Source: Promethearchaeati archaeon (GTDB lineage Archaea; Asgardarchaeota; Heimdallarchaeia; JABLTI01). Taken from it: a stretch of DNA of 17,752 bases. Position numbers and translations under genes: made by a program. Under the pieces are notes generated by a model. The model was given only the letters and a program-made list of their open reading frames with translations. It made no database searches and was not told the origin of the DNA. Of the stretch, positions 1-9,037 are shown piece after piece. The stretch is from positions 1 through 17,752 of the forward strand of contig JABLTI010000051.1 in NCBI GenBank assembly GCA_013166835.1, in the 5' to 3' direction. Positions within the stretch are counted from its first letter, which is position 1. Every line of letters starts with the position of its first letter.

Positions 1-126
1 ACTACAACTCAGAATCAAACTATTACAATAACTACTGAAGCAGGATTAATTTTATCATCTGTTATAATTACAGCAGTTCTAGGTGTAACATTTGTTGTGC
101 TTATCCTCAGAAAGCGTAAAAAATAG
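1..126 (+). CDS. 3' end of a membrane-anchored surface protein (partial)
   Basis: Frame 1 reads TTTQNQTITITTEAGLILSSVIITAVLGVTFVVLILRKRKK*: Thr-rich linker, hydrophobic helix, basic tail. Not in the ORF track because it starts outside the window. Confidence 0.8.
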   Translation, partial: TTTQNQTITITTEAGLILSSVIITAVLGVTFVVLILRKRKK

Positions 127-138
127 GTTAGTTAGTTC

Positions 139-177
139 TGAAAGCTTTTCAAGCTTTCACCTATTTTCATTTTTTTT
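139..177 (+). terminator. Putative terminator: 9-bp hairpin followed by a T-tract
   Basis: TGAAAGCTT-TTC-AAGCTTTCA (139-159) 12 nt after the stop at 126, then TTTTCATTTTTTTT. Confidence 0.5.
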
Positions 178-189
178 AATTTGAAAAGA

Positions 190-213
190 GATGCTCAGGA
201 CTCACACTTCTTT
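190..213 (+). repeat. Junction repeat R1 (short, core only)
   Basis: GATGCTCAGGACTCACACTTCTTT. Confidence 0.9.
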
Positions 214-229
214 TAGAGGAGTAAAATCA

Positions 230-1066
230 TCAAGAATTTCTTTTTTTTCTTTTAAAAGCTTTCGAGAAATCAATTTCTTCTGGAAGATGTAAAACTCGAC
301 CTTCCATGCCACCTGCAATGGTAATGATCTCACCAGAAATATGACCTGATAATTTGTCTGATGCCAATACTGCAATCATATTTGCAATATCTTCTGATTC
401 GGCAATCTTTTTCAAGGGAACAGTTTTCAAAATATGTTTTATACCTTCTTCGTCGTCAAGATATTTTTCTGACATTGGAGAGACAGTCCACCCGGGACAA
501 ACGGCATTAACTCGCCCTAATCTTGCCACATTGATAATCTCATTTTTTAGGCTTCTAGTTAAGCCATAACTTATGGCAGCTTTTGCTGCAGCATAATCAG
601 CATGACCTGCCGCTCCAAAAACAGCAGAAGTAGAGCCTACAATAATAATACTAGCAGACTCACCATCATATTTTCGAAGTTGTTGTATAAAAGAACGACA
701 ACATAGGAAGACACTATCAAGGTCTATTGCCATGGTATGTTTCCATCTCTCCAAAGTCATTTTTTCAATTTCACTGTAGTCTTCCGGCCAGATGGCTGCA
801 TTACAAATAAGGATATCAATTCGACCTTTTTTCTTCTCAATTTCCTTAAACATTTCAAGAACTTGAGATTCACTCGAGAGATCAGCTTTAATACTAAAAG
901 TCTTCTTGCCTAATTCATTAGTTAATTTCTTAGCTCTAGTTTCACTACTATTGTAATGAACTATAACATCAACACCTTCTGCAGCAAGTAACCGAGCGGT
1001 AGCTGCACCAATACCACCTGAAGCACCAGTTATGAGTGCCACTTTTCCTTCAAGTTCTAAATCCAT
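230..1066 (-). CDS. Short-chain dehydrogenase/reductase (SDR, FabG-like)
   Basis: TGASGGIG Rossmann motif, YAAAK catalytic YxxxK, RVNAVCPG; 278 aa. Confidence 0.93.
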   Translation of the reverse strand: MDLELEGKVALITGASGGIGAATARLLAAEGVDVIVHYNSSETRAKKLTNELGKKTFSIKADLSSESQVLEMFKEIEKKKGRIDILICNAAIWPEDYSEIEKMTLERWKHTMAIDLDSVFLCCRSFIQQLRKYDGESASIIIVGSTSAVFGAAGHADYAAAKAAISYGLTRSLKNEIINVARLGRVNAVCPGWTVSPMSEKYLDDEEGIKHILKTVPLKKIAESEDIANMIAVLASDKLSGHISGEIITIAGGMEGRVLHLPEEIDFSKAFKRKKRNS

Positions 1067-1152
1067 CTCTATCGATTTTTATATGATTTAACCGAGTAAT
1101 TAGTTTTGGCATTGATTGTTTTAGTTAAAGAAATTTAAAAACGATAAATTAG

Positions 1153-1258
1153 TTGATGCTCAGGACTCACACTTCTTCTTGCCGGGTTAGCAGTCCGGTT
1201 CGGGAAGGACACGCGGAAGTGGGAAGAACCTGCTAGCTGAGCATCCCGCTGAAGACTC
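1153..1258 (+). repeat. Junction repeat R2 (full length, structured)
   Basis: TTGATGCTCAGGACTCACACTTCTTCTTGCCGGGTTAGCAGTCCGGTTCGGGAAGGACACGCGGAAGTGGGAAGAACCTGCTAGCTGAGCATCCCGCTGAAGACTC; perfect inverted repeat GATGCTCAG (1155-1163) / CTGAGCATC (1237-1245). Confidence 0.95.
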
Positions 1259-1384
1259 AACGAGCATACCACATACATTTTAACTGATCATACAAGAGAA
1301 CAGTTCTTTTACTAATTAAAATTTATATTAAGAAAACTCAACTAAAATTATATGAACTCTAGAAAAAATAAGGAAAGATAAGCT

Positions 1385-2167
1385 TTATCTACGTTTTATG
1401 ATTATTCTTATCCCTCCGATGACTACACCAGCAAATATCACAGCTCCAATTACTATGAGAACTATGACAAATAGTTTAATGGGGGGACTAGTTGCCAATG
1501 TTAAAGTTCCATATGTTTCTACGAATCCAGGAGCACCATCTTGGGGTACTTCCCAGCCACAAAGGTAAGTTGCTGCGCTAAACATTACTCTGATAGCACT
1601 GTTTTCTGTACCCACTGGAAGGGTGTTATTTAATTCTGTTGCGGTCGAGCTTCCATCATAGGAGTCATCAAAGGTTATACTAATGACTACTTCTATTATG
1701 GTGTGATGTGTTTCTTTATGAGGAGATGCACCAAATCCAATAGCCCATTCTGCAAAATCATTTCCTGGATTTGTATTACCAGGATCATGATCGCGGTCTA
1801 AAAACATAGTTAGGTTTTCATCAATAACTTCATCCCAATTAGCATCAAAGAACACCCAAAGATGGTCATCTACTTCTGAAGTGTTGTCGGGGAGATCATC
1901 AAATAGGAGGAAAAGTTTGCTATCAGTGTTTTTAATGTATATGTGGATAAAATCTGGGTCATGTCCGGGTGAGGGATCAGTATGGTTAAAAGATATATGT
2001 CTGGCATCTGCCCACTCATCCTCAGTAAAGGTGCCATCGATATCTGGTATAACCTTAGCCCAACGACTATCCATATAAGTAATTTGAGATTGAGTTGTGG
2101 TAGCTTCTAAAGCTCCCATTATAAAGAATAATAATAAAAACAGTGAAATTAACCTTCTTAGTTTCAA
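1385..2167 (-). CDS. Secreted, C-terminally anchored protein with a DOMON/CBM9-like domain
   Basis: TTG start after GTGGTG; N-terminal signal peptide; PDIDG...DEWADA motif; acidic body; C-terminal TM helix plus IIKRR. Confidence 0.65.
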   Translation of the reverse strand: MKLRRLISLFLLLFFIMGALEATTTQSQITYMDSRWAKVIPDIDGTFTEDEWADARHISFNHTDPSPGHDPDFIHIYIKNTDSKLFLLFDDLPDNTSEVDDHLWVFFDANWDEVIDENLTMFLDRDHDPGNTNPGNDFAEWAIGFGASPHKETHHTIIEVVISITFDDSYDGSSTATELNNTLPVGTENSAIRVMFSAATYLCGWEVPQDGAPGFVETYGTLTLATSPPIKLFVIVLIVIGAVIFAGVVIGGIRIIIKRR

Positions 2168-2301
2168 ATGAACACCACAATTTTTACTTTTAAGATATGA
2201 AAGATTCTTACTATATTATCAATGAAAAGGATTTATTTAAACTAGCTCCAACAAAAGTTTCGAATAGGTCAATTTTATATTTAATTTTTCATTTAAAATA
2301 A

Positions 2302-2349
2302 TTGATGCTTAGAACTCACAATTCATCTTTACAGCTAGTAGTTCGGTTC
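2302..2349 (+). repeat. Junction repeat R3 (degenerate, truncated)
   Basis: TTGATGCTTAGAACTCACAATTCATCTTTACAGCTAGTAGTTCGGTTC aligns to the first ~49 nt of the consensus. Confidence 0.8.
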
Positions 2350-2425
2350 AGTATGGAGTTAGTTCTTTAATTTAAAAGGAAAATTAGATTTTTCAGAATG
2401 AAAATAAATGACTTATTGATTATTT

Positions 2426-2887
2426 CTAAATCAAAACCCTAAGCTTGCATCTACTATTTCCCTTTGTTACAGTTTCCTCAAGAATAACTTCAACAGGTTT
2501 TTCTATTGCTGTTTCAAGAAGTTCTTTCACCCAACCTCGAGAGCAATTACAGAATGTAGGTGAAATCTTACCTGCGGGGATTTTGTTAATTACTGGGCAG
2601 TAACATTTATCCCATATAAATGCAACCTCTTCCTTTGTTATCTGTAAGCTGTCATATATTTTGCTTAATTTTCCAAGAAATTCTTTCATATCATTCGAAT
2701 TCTTATATAGGCTTTTAGCATCCTGGATGAGTTTCTTGTGTCTATCATGTATACACTTTCGTCCACATTCTTCTAGTAAGAGTATCTTTTTCTCAGGATC
2801 CAGGTGTTTATCAAATCCATCCATTAAATTAATCATCATTTTTTCGCATCGTTCCAAGAATTTAACACCTAAGAGTTTTTTATTCAT
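2426..2887 (-). CDS. Cys-rich DUF6144-like protein (V4R-like, probably metal-binding)
   Basis: CGRKC, CYCP, FCNCSRGW and a terminal Cys; 153 aa. Confidence 0.65.
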   Translation of the reverse strand: MNKKLLGVKFLERCEKMMINLMDGFDKHLDPEKKILLLEECGRKCIHDRHKKLIQDAKSLYKNSNDMKEFLGKLSKIYDSLQITKEEVAFIWDKCYCPVINKIPAGKISPTFCNCSRGWVKELLETAIEKPVEVILEETVTKGNSRCKLRVLI

Positions 2888-2953
2888 GTAATCAATACAG
2901 AGAAATAACTTATTTCCTATCTTACTACAATATTCTTGTTGAAATTAATATGA

Positions 2954-4120
2954 TTATCGCTGAAAATTGATGCATTCGCCCACACTTCTTCTTGAAGGTC
3001 TAGCAGTCCGTTTCTTTAAAGATAAAATGACTATGAAAATAAATGAGAAAAACACCAAGGAATAATTAAATCCTGGAATAGTTCTTGTAGTAGTTTCTAT
3101 TTGAAGTATTTCTAAACCATCTTCTCGATCTGCAACAAATAGAAGGTTATCCTTTACAAAGATTTTTTTTGCATGTCCACCATCAAAGTAACGGCCAATT
3201 TTATCTGGAATGACAGGATCGGAAAGATCAAGAGCTATTACCCCCCTATTGTAATCAGCAATGAAGGCAAAACTACTATTGAAGCTAATAGAATGCATAT
3301 TCCCGCCATCATCGAACTCACCAACTTTCACAATATTAGTTGGATCAGTTATGTTTAGTATTTGTATTTCTCCTCCATTCAAATAGTGATTTCCTACAAA
3401 AATATAATTTTCATAGATTTTCGGATCCCAGAAATCAGTTTCAGCAACTATGTGTGTTGATAATTGTTGAGGTGAGCTCGGATTTGAGATGTTAAGAAGT
3501 CTTATACTAGTATAATCATTTCTATGATCAGTTACACATGCTAAATCTCCCTTAATATCGAGTTGCATACAATTAAGGTAATTATAATTATATCGTACTA
3601 GCTTAACAGGACTCTCCGGATTTGTAACATTAAAAATCTCTAATCCATAATCCCAATTAGCAACAAATAATAAATCATCTTTAATCTCAACATCACTAGA
3701 ATAGGTATTTACCGGATATTGGTAGATTTCTTCAGGATGCGCTAAATCTGAAACGTTTATGATTTCCAAACCATCAGGACCATCTGCAACAAAAGCTAAG
3801 TCATCTTTAACCACAAGCTCCATAGCAGAACCACCATCAAATAAAGAAGCTAATTTAACAGGATTTGTAGGATCAGAAACATCTATGATAACCAACCCCC
3901 CAGGATTATTATCAGTAGTATCTAATACAAAAGCTATATCTCCCTGTAAAAAAACATTCATAGTTTCTCCATTGGTATCTATAGAACCTATTTCTGTGAA
4001 ATCTATCTGTATGTTTATCCTAGAACCATTAATTGCAGGAATGTTAAGGGAAAAGAAAATTATTATTACAACGATCATTTGACTAGTATTCTTCATAATG
4101 TTAGCTCTCAAATAACTCAA
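2954..4120 (-). CDS. LVIVD-repeat beta-propeller surface protein with a PGF-like C-terminal anchor; start may be ATG 4096
   Basis: Repeats GLVIIDVSDP, GLEIINVSD, GLEIFNVTNP, IQILNITDP, GVIALDLSDP; N-terminal signal; TTTRTIPGF-TM-KKR tail. Confidence 0.88.
   Translation of the reverse strand: MSYLRANIMKNTSQMIVVIIIFFSLNIPAINGSRINIQIDFTEIGSIDTNGETMNVFLQGDIAFVLDTTDNNPGGLVIIDVSDPTNPVKLASLFDGGSAMELVVKDDLAFVADGPDGLEIINVSDLAHPEEIYQYPVNTYSSDVEIKDDLLFVANWDYGLEIFNVTNPESPVKLVRYNYNYLNCMQLDIKGDLACVTDHRNDYTSIRLLNISNPSSPQQLSTHIVAETDFWDPKIYENYIFVGNHYLNGGEIQILNITDPTNIVKVGEFDDGGNMHSISFNSSFAFIADYNRGVIALDLSDPVIPDKIGRYFDGGHAKKIFVKDNLLFVADREDGLEILQIETTTRTIPGFNYSLVFFSFIFIVILSLKKRTARPSRRSVGECINFQR
2967..3014 (+). 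repeat. Junction repeat R4 (truncated; lies inside the 3' end of the LVIVD ORF)
   Basis: TTGATGCATTCGCCCACACTTCTTCTTGAAGGTCTAGCAGTCCGTTTC. Confidence 0.9.
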
Positions 4121-4238
4121 CCTCTAATTCAATAATTATAAGGTGTACTTTATGCAACCAATTGTTCAAGTAAAGTGATAATTAATCCCAATAAAATACT
4201 TCTTTTAGGTCTTGTTTTTCAATGAAAGATGATATTAC

Positions 4239-4268
4239 TTGATGCTCAGGACTCACACATCTTCTTTT
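4239..4268 (+). repeat. Junction repeat R5 (core only)
   Basis: TTGATGCTCAGGACTCACACATCTTCTTTT. Confidence 0.92.
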
Positions 4269-4330
4269 ACTTATCACTGAAAATCCTTTAATTCATCTAT
4301 TTCCATTATCAAATATCCTGAGGTTTAGAT

Positions 4331-5467
4331 ATGAAAGTTGTTGTTTTAGGAGCAGGATATACAGGAAATGTTATTGCAAGAGATCTAGTAGAAGATCCCT
4401 CTACTGAGGTTTCAATAGTTGATATTAACCAAGAAGTTTTAGATAAACTAACACAGGATTATGATCTTCAAGGAATATGTGCAGATTTATCCAATCCCAA
4501 TATCATCAAAGATATTGTGAAGGATTTTGATTTAGTAATTGGAGCTCTTCCTAGTTTTATGGGTTATAAGTCTCTTGAAGCAGTAATTGAAGCAGGAAAG
4601 AACATGGTAGATATCTCATATTACGAGGGAGATGCGTTAAGCTTAGATGAAATAGCAAAGGAGAAAGGAGTTACAGCTGTTGTTGACTGTGGAGTAGCTC
4701 CTGGTTCAAGTAACATCATACTTGGGTATATTGATTCAATTTTAGATAAAACAGAAAGTTTCCTATGTTATGTTGGGGGATTACCGGTAGAAAGGAACTG
4801 GCTTTTTGATTATAAATCACCTTATCCACCTATTGAGGTAATCGAGGAATACATCCTATTAGCGAGATATATTGAGAATAATGAAGTAGTCGTTAAACCA
4901 GCATTATCTGAACTTGAACTATTAGATTTTCCAGAAGTAGGAACTCTTGTAGCCATCAATACCGATGGTCTTAGAACTCTCATCAAGACAATGGATATCC
5001 CTTTCATGAAAGAAAAAACACTAAGATATCCTGATCATATAGAAAAGATGCGAATGCTAATAGAAGCAGGATTCCTTATTACAGAGGAAATTGATGTAAA
5101 AGGAAAAATGATCAAACCAATTGAGTTAACATCTAGACTTCTATTTGATCATTGGATGTTTGAAGAAGGAGATGAAGATCATACTATTATGAAGATAGTT
5201 ATTGAAGGAATGAAAGATGACAAGAAACTACGTTATACCTATGATATGTATGATAAGTACGATAGAGAGAAGGGTATATTATCTATAGCAAGAACAACCG
5301 GATATACTTGTACAGCTGTTGCACAAATTATTCTTGAAGGAAAATTCAAAGAAAAAGGAATTATTCCTCCGGAACTATTAGGAAAACATTCAGAAGTCTA
5401 TCACCAAGTTATTGAATACTTACGGAAGAGAAATGTGATATTTAAGGAGACTATCGAAGAACTGTAA
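4331..5467 (+). CDS. Saccharopine dehydrogenase / lysine 6-dehydrogenase family oxidoreductase
   Basis: VVVLGAGYTG NAD-binding motif, MVDISY, DCGVAPG, YVGGLP, EKTLRYP, ARTTGY; GAGG RBS. Confidence 0.9.
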   Translation: MKVVVLGAGYTGNVIARDLVEDPSTEVSIVDINQEVLDKLTQDYDLQGICADLSNPNIIKDIVKDFDLVIGALPSFMGYKSLEAVIEAGKNMVDISYYEGDALSLDEIAKEKGVTAVVDCGVAPGSSNIILGYIDSILDKTESFLCYVGGLPVERNWLFDYKSPYPPIEVIEEYILLARYIENNEVVVKPALSELELLDFPEVGTLVAINTDGLRTLIKTMDIPFMKEKTLRYPDHIEKMRMLIEAGFLITEEIDVKGKMIKPIELTSRLLFDHWMFEEGDEDHTIMKIVIEGMKDDKKLRYTYDMYDKYDREKGILSIARTTGYTCTAVAQIILEGKFKEKGIIPPELLGKHSEVYHQVIEYLRKRNVIFKETIEEL

Positions 5468-5589
5468 GAACAAAACAATATATAGTAATTTTTAATGTTT
5501 ATGAATAGAAATTCTGTTCATTATAATGCAATTTTTCTCAATCGGTCTTTTTAGTTTGTCGTCAGAAACAGATGAAACTAAAAAAGATA

Positions 5590-5687
5590 ATGATTAGACC
5601 CACACTTCTTCTTTCCGGGCTAGCAGTCCGTTTCGGGAAGGACACGCTGAAGTGGGAAGTACCTGCTAGCTGAGCAACTCACCCGAA
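5590..5687 (+). repeat. Junction repeat R6 (near full length, left arm diverged)
   Basis: ...GACCCACACTTCTTCTTTCCGGGCTAGCAGTCCGTTTCGGGAAGGACACGCTGAAGTGGGAAGTACCTGCTAGCTGAGCAACTCACCCGAAG. Confidence 0.95.
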
Positions 5688-5709
5688 GGAATTAAAATAG
5701 CTTATGAAA

Positions 5710-7383
5710 CTATAATCCAGATGTATTTACAATGAAAATTGCATAGCCAATAAAACAAACAAGAATAGAAAATAACACAATTATTAACCTAAAAACTATA
5801 ATGAAATAATCCCTTTTAGCCCATAATTGCTTTTCTAATTTTCTTAATTCCTTTCTTTTGCCTATTTTCTCTTCTAATTCATCTCTAGATTCTACATACA
5901 AATTAATCTGTGTAAGTACTCCTTTACGTGTAGTACAAATTTCTGTTAGAAAGATTGCAGCAAATGCTAATCCTACAAGAGGTGCAAGAATTCGATAAAA
6001 CCACATTAGATTAGATTCTTGATTATCTAACACATAACCAAGAACAGTTACTGCTGTAGAACCAATTGATGTTAAAAATGATTTTGTAATTTCTTGAGTT
6101 ACTTTGGTAGTTGCTTTTGTGACATCAGTTACAATTGTTCTAAGAGATTTTTCAATAAATTCAGTTGATTTTTTCAGATCTGCTATTTTTCCTTCTATCA
6201 AATTTCTCTTGAATACACTATATTGGGTAATTAATTCTTCATAAAAATCGTATAGTTTATTTAGATGACGAAATTCTGTTTTCTGGAGTTTTTCTATACT
6301 GTAATTTCTTATTTCTCTTTCAGTTCCTATTCCAGAAAAATAACCCATATTAACGAATCTAGTTACTATTTCGATAATTTTCTCTTTTGTGTATTCATAT
6401 GAATTATCCTCTTTTTTTAGATCACCAACGATTAAACTACCAGATATTTCATTATGTATGAAGTTTAATCTTTGTTTTGGATTATAAACAAAAGAGAGTT
6501 CAAATTCATTTTTATCTTCTGATATTATTGACACCTTTTCTGAGATTATGGAATATATTGTATACATGATTATTCTTGAATATGAAAGCCAATATTTTTC
6601 GGTAAGTTCATCTATCTTAATATTCTCAAAAGCAATAGGAAATATTGGTGTATTTTCAACAAATTCAGTTTCAATTTTATAGTTACTTAATAAATCCTTT
6701 ACTAAATCAACTTTTATCTTATTTTTATTTAGATCTTTAGTATTTTCTGCTATTTTATCCAATGAGATAATTTCAAAGAAATTAGAAAAATATATGTTAT
6801 TATTTGGAACTATTATAGCTACAATTTTACCTTTTTCAATCAGATTTTCGCTTAAGTCTAATAAGTTAGCACTTTTCATATAACCATTAAATTTATCAAG
6901 ACTACTCCAAAAACATAATTTATAAGCTTCAGACAAATCGTATTGATCGTGAATATAATTACTAATTCTTATTTTCCTGATTATAAGGAATAAATTTGTT
7001 AAACTATGTGTTTTAGAATTTAGGATTTCTTTCTTTATTTCTTCTTGAAGTTTTTTAAAAATTTCTTTTTTTGAAATATCAACATCTTTTACACTCATTA
7101 GTTTTGGAATTTTAGATGCAAATAATTTAATATCTTCAGTACGTGTTATTTCAAAGTTCTCTTTTACTTGAAGTGTAAATTCATTTTTAGTTTCTTTGTT
7201 CTTTAAACTGATTCCTAATGTGAATTCTAAATAGTCGATCTTTTCATTAAGATTAACCCAAAAATCATGTTTCAAAAGGAGCTCTTTATTCTCGGTTAAA
7301 TCTAAATCTATTGATCTGAAAGTCTCCTCATACTTCAACTTTTGTTTTTCAATAAACGAAAGTATTTTTGGAATTTCAACCAA
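5710..7383 (-). CDS. Hypothetical protein, large soluble region plus ~3 C-terminal TM helices and coiled coil
   Basis: 557-aa ORF; TTG start after GAGGTG; hydrophobic segments only in the last ~125 aa; 37 nt downstream of the co-oriented 302-aa gene. Confidence 0.8.
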   Translation of the reverse strand: MVEIPKILSFIEKQKLKYEETFRSIDLDLTENKELLLKHDFWVNLNEKIDYLEFTLGISLKNKETKNEFTLQVKENFEITRTEDIKLFASKIPKLMSVKDVDISKKEIFKKLQEEIKKEILNSKTHSLTNLFLIIRKIRISNYIHDQYDLSEAYKLCFWSSLDKFNGYMKSANLLDLSENLIEKGKIVAIIVPNNNIYFSNFFEIISLDKIAENTKDLNKNKIKVDLVKDLLSNYKIETEFVENTPIFPIAFENIKIDELTEKYWLSYSRIIMYTIYSIISEKVSIISEDKNEFELSFVYNPKQRLNFIHNEISGSLIVGDLKKEDNSYEYTKEKIIEIVTRFVNMGYFSGIGTEREIRNYSIEKLQKTEFRHLNKLYDFYEELITQYSVFKRNLIEGKIADLKKSTEFIEKSLRTIVTDVTKATTKVTQEITKSFLTSIGSTAVTVLGYVLDNQESNLMWFYRILAPLVGLAFAAIFLTEICTTRKGVLTQINLYVESRDELEEKIGKRKELRKLEKQLWAKRDYFIIVFRLIIVLFSILVCFIGYAIFIVNTSGL

Positions 7384-7420
7384 ATCTACACCTCATCTTT
7401 ATATTAATTAAATATGAAAT

Positions 7421-8329
7421 CTAGGAAAATACAAATTCCTCATTGTAATATTTTACAATTATTTTCTCATTCTCAATTCTTATTGAACAATTATCATTTA
7501 CATCTATTGCTCCTGATTTATCAATGTACTTAATTTCTGTATTCAATTGAGCTGCATCAGAAGTTAATCGAATACTCTTTTTTATATCAACACCAGGAAA
7601 TTCCTTTTCTTTCTGTTTTATTATCCTAATTAATTCAGATAAAAATTGAGTTAATGTCAACTTTTCTGCATATTTTACTGACAATTCCTCATCAATTTCA
7701 CTTTCAAGACCAGTAGTTTTAGTACCTAATCCTAGTGCTTTTACAAAATACTTTGCAGGAGGATATTTTTGATATACTTTTACAAAATTACTATTAAATA
7801 CTAGAAAAGCGTTTATTGATGGATAGAGTGCAGATTTTGTGCTATCACTTCCCAAAATTTGTTTTGCTGATTCTATATCTCTTGCACCAAGTTTTATTCT
7901 ATCATCTAAATTATATCTTAACAACAGTGAACATTTAGTACCGTTTAATTCAAAACAAATCATAATTAAAGCAGCTTTTCTTGCTGATGTAACTTCAGCA
8001 TATTCATCTGCAAAATTCTCGCTAAAAACATCCCATTCAGACAAATTATTATGTTTCAATCCATCTATGAAGAAAAACTTTGTCTCTTTTTTCTTTTCAT
8101 CAAATTTAGGAATTCTTTCGACTTTAATATTCATAGCACTCTTATTTGTTATGTCTTTATTAATTTCAGAAAAGATTGCTTTAACAACGAGACTATAGAT
8201 TTCCTTTGGAATCTTTTCTTTTGTTATCAAGTGTCTAGTTCTATCTTCTTTCTTTTCTTCTCTTGGTAAGCTAATTAACACAGAATAAAATTTGATATCC
8301 AATTCATCCTCTAATTTCCTTTCAGGCAA
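7421..8329 (-). CDS. Hypothetical protein, possibly NdpA/YejK nucleoid-associated-protein-like
   Basis: 302-aa ORF; TTG start after GGAGGG; KSALYP...VKVYQ...AKYFVKALG resembles the YFxxFLG motif of that family (weak, by eye). Confidence 0.6.
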   Translation of the reverse strand: MPERKLEDELDIKFYSVLISLPREEKKEDRTRHLITKEKIPKEIYSLVVKAIFSEINKDITNKSAMNIKVERIPKFDEKKKETKFFFIDGLKHNNLSEWDVFSENFADEYAEVTSARKAALIMICFELNGTKCSLLLRYNLDDRIKLGARDIESAKQILGSDSTKSALYPSINAFLVFNSNFVKVYQKYPPAKYFVKALGLGTKTTGLESEIDEELSVKYAEKLTLTQFLSELIRIIKQKEKEFPGVDIKKSIRLTSDAAQLNTEIKYIDKSGAIDVNDNCSIRIENEKIIVKYYNEEFVFS

Positions 8330-8418
8330 ATAATTCCCTCCTGAATCCCTGTTATATATAATAATTTAACAAAATAAAACTTTTTTCCATAAGAGGAAAG
8401 AAAAAACAGCTATTATAA

Positions 8419-8459
8419 TTGATGCGTCGAACCCACACTTCTTCTTGAAGGGCTAGTAG
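8419..8459 (+). repeat. Junction repeat R7 (truncated)
   Basis: TTGATGCGTCGAACCCACACTTCTTCTTGAAGGGCTAGTAG. Confidence 0.88.
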
Positions 8460-8495
8460 ATATCTAATCTGAATAAAAAAATAAGAAAACAATAA

Positions 8496-8537
8496 TTGAT
8501 GCTCGGACTCACACTTCCTCTTTAAGATTAGAAAGTC
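8496..8537 (+). repeat. Junction repeat R8 (truncated)
   Basis: TTGATGCTCGGACTCACACTTCCTCTTTAAGATTAGAAAGTC. Confidence 0.88.
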
Positions 8538-8671
8538 AGATTAGAGGTTAAAAATGTTATAATCTTCAGATACAATGTCACAATAACCTTTTAGTAAAAC
8601 ATGAATACTTTTAGCTATCTCTCTAATCAATTGTATTAAAAAATGTTATTTATAGCAATTTAACAATTGAG

Positions 8672-9037
8672 ATGAAATATATGACAACAAAAAACAAGAT
8701 TGCTAGGTATTGTGGTTCAATTTGTGATAATTGCAAATTTTTCAAAGGTGTAAAAGAACCCAAATGTCTTGGTTGCTTAAGTTGCGCTGGAAAACCGTTT
8801 TGGGGCAAATGTAATGTCGCTGAATGTGCAATAAATAAGAAGATAGAACATTGTGGACTTTGTGCTGATTTTCCATGTGAGTTGTTACCAAAGCAATTTG
8901 ATCCAAATAATCCTCGAGGAAAAGAAGAAGCTATATTTCGAATTGGACATCTTGCAATAAGAGCAAAAATTGGTACAGAACAATGGTTAGAAAAATTAGC
9001 TAATGGTTATTTAGTGAGTTTTATTTCTGAAGACTAA
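8672..9037 (+). CDS. DUF3795 Cys-rich protein
   Basis: CGSICDNC, CLGC, CNVAECA, HCGLCADFPCELL; 121 aa. Confidence 0.85.
   Translation: MKYMTTKNKIARYCGSICDNCKFFKGVKEPKCLGCLSCAGKPFWGKCNVAECAINKKIEHCGLCADFPCELLPKQFDPNNPRGKEEAIFRIGHLAIRAKIGTEQWLEKLANGYLVSFISED

Noticed and set aside
1156-1236. Small peptide encoded by the repeat (MLRTHTSS...)
   Set aside because: Frame and start are not preserved across copies (indels in R3, R8 and R14; ATG lost in R10 and R14).
1155-1245. HDV-like ribozyme or tRNA/SRP fragment
   Set aside because: The minus strand has a similar crossing-stem order, but I could not place P1.1, P4 or the catalytic C. No cloverleaf or SRP motif is visible. An Rfam search would be decisive.
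1155-1245. Classical MITE with 9-bp terminal inverted repeats
   Set aside because: No target-site duplications seen, conservation extends beyond the inverted repeat on both sides, most copies lack the right arm, and all are co-oriented. Not fully excluded without genome-wide data.
1153-1261. Canonical integron attC site
   Set aside because: Not bounded by RYYYAAC...GTTRRRY in attC order. R2 has GTTGA at the left and ACTCAAC at the right, the opposite arrangement, and other copies do not keep it.
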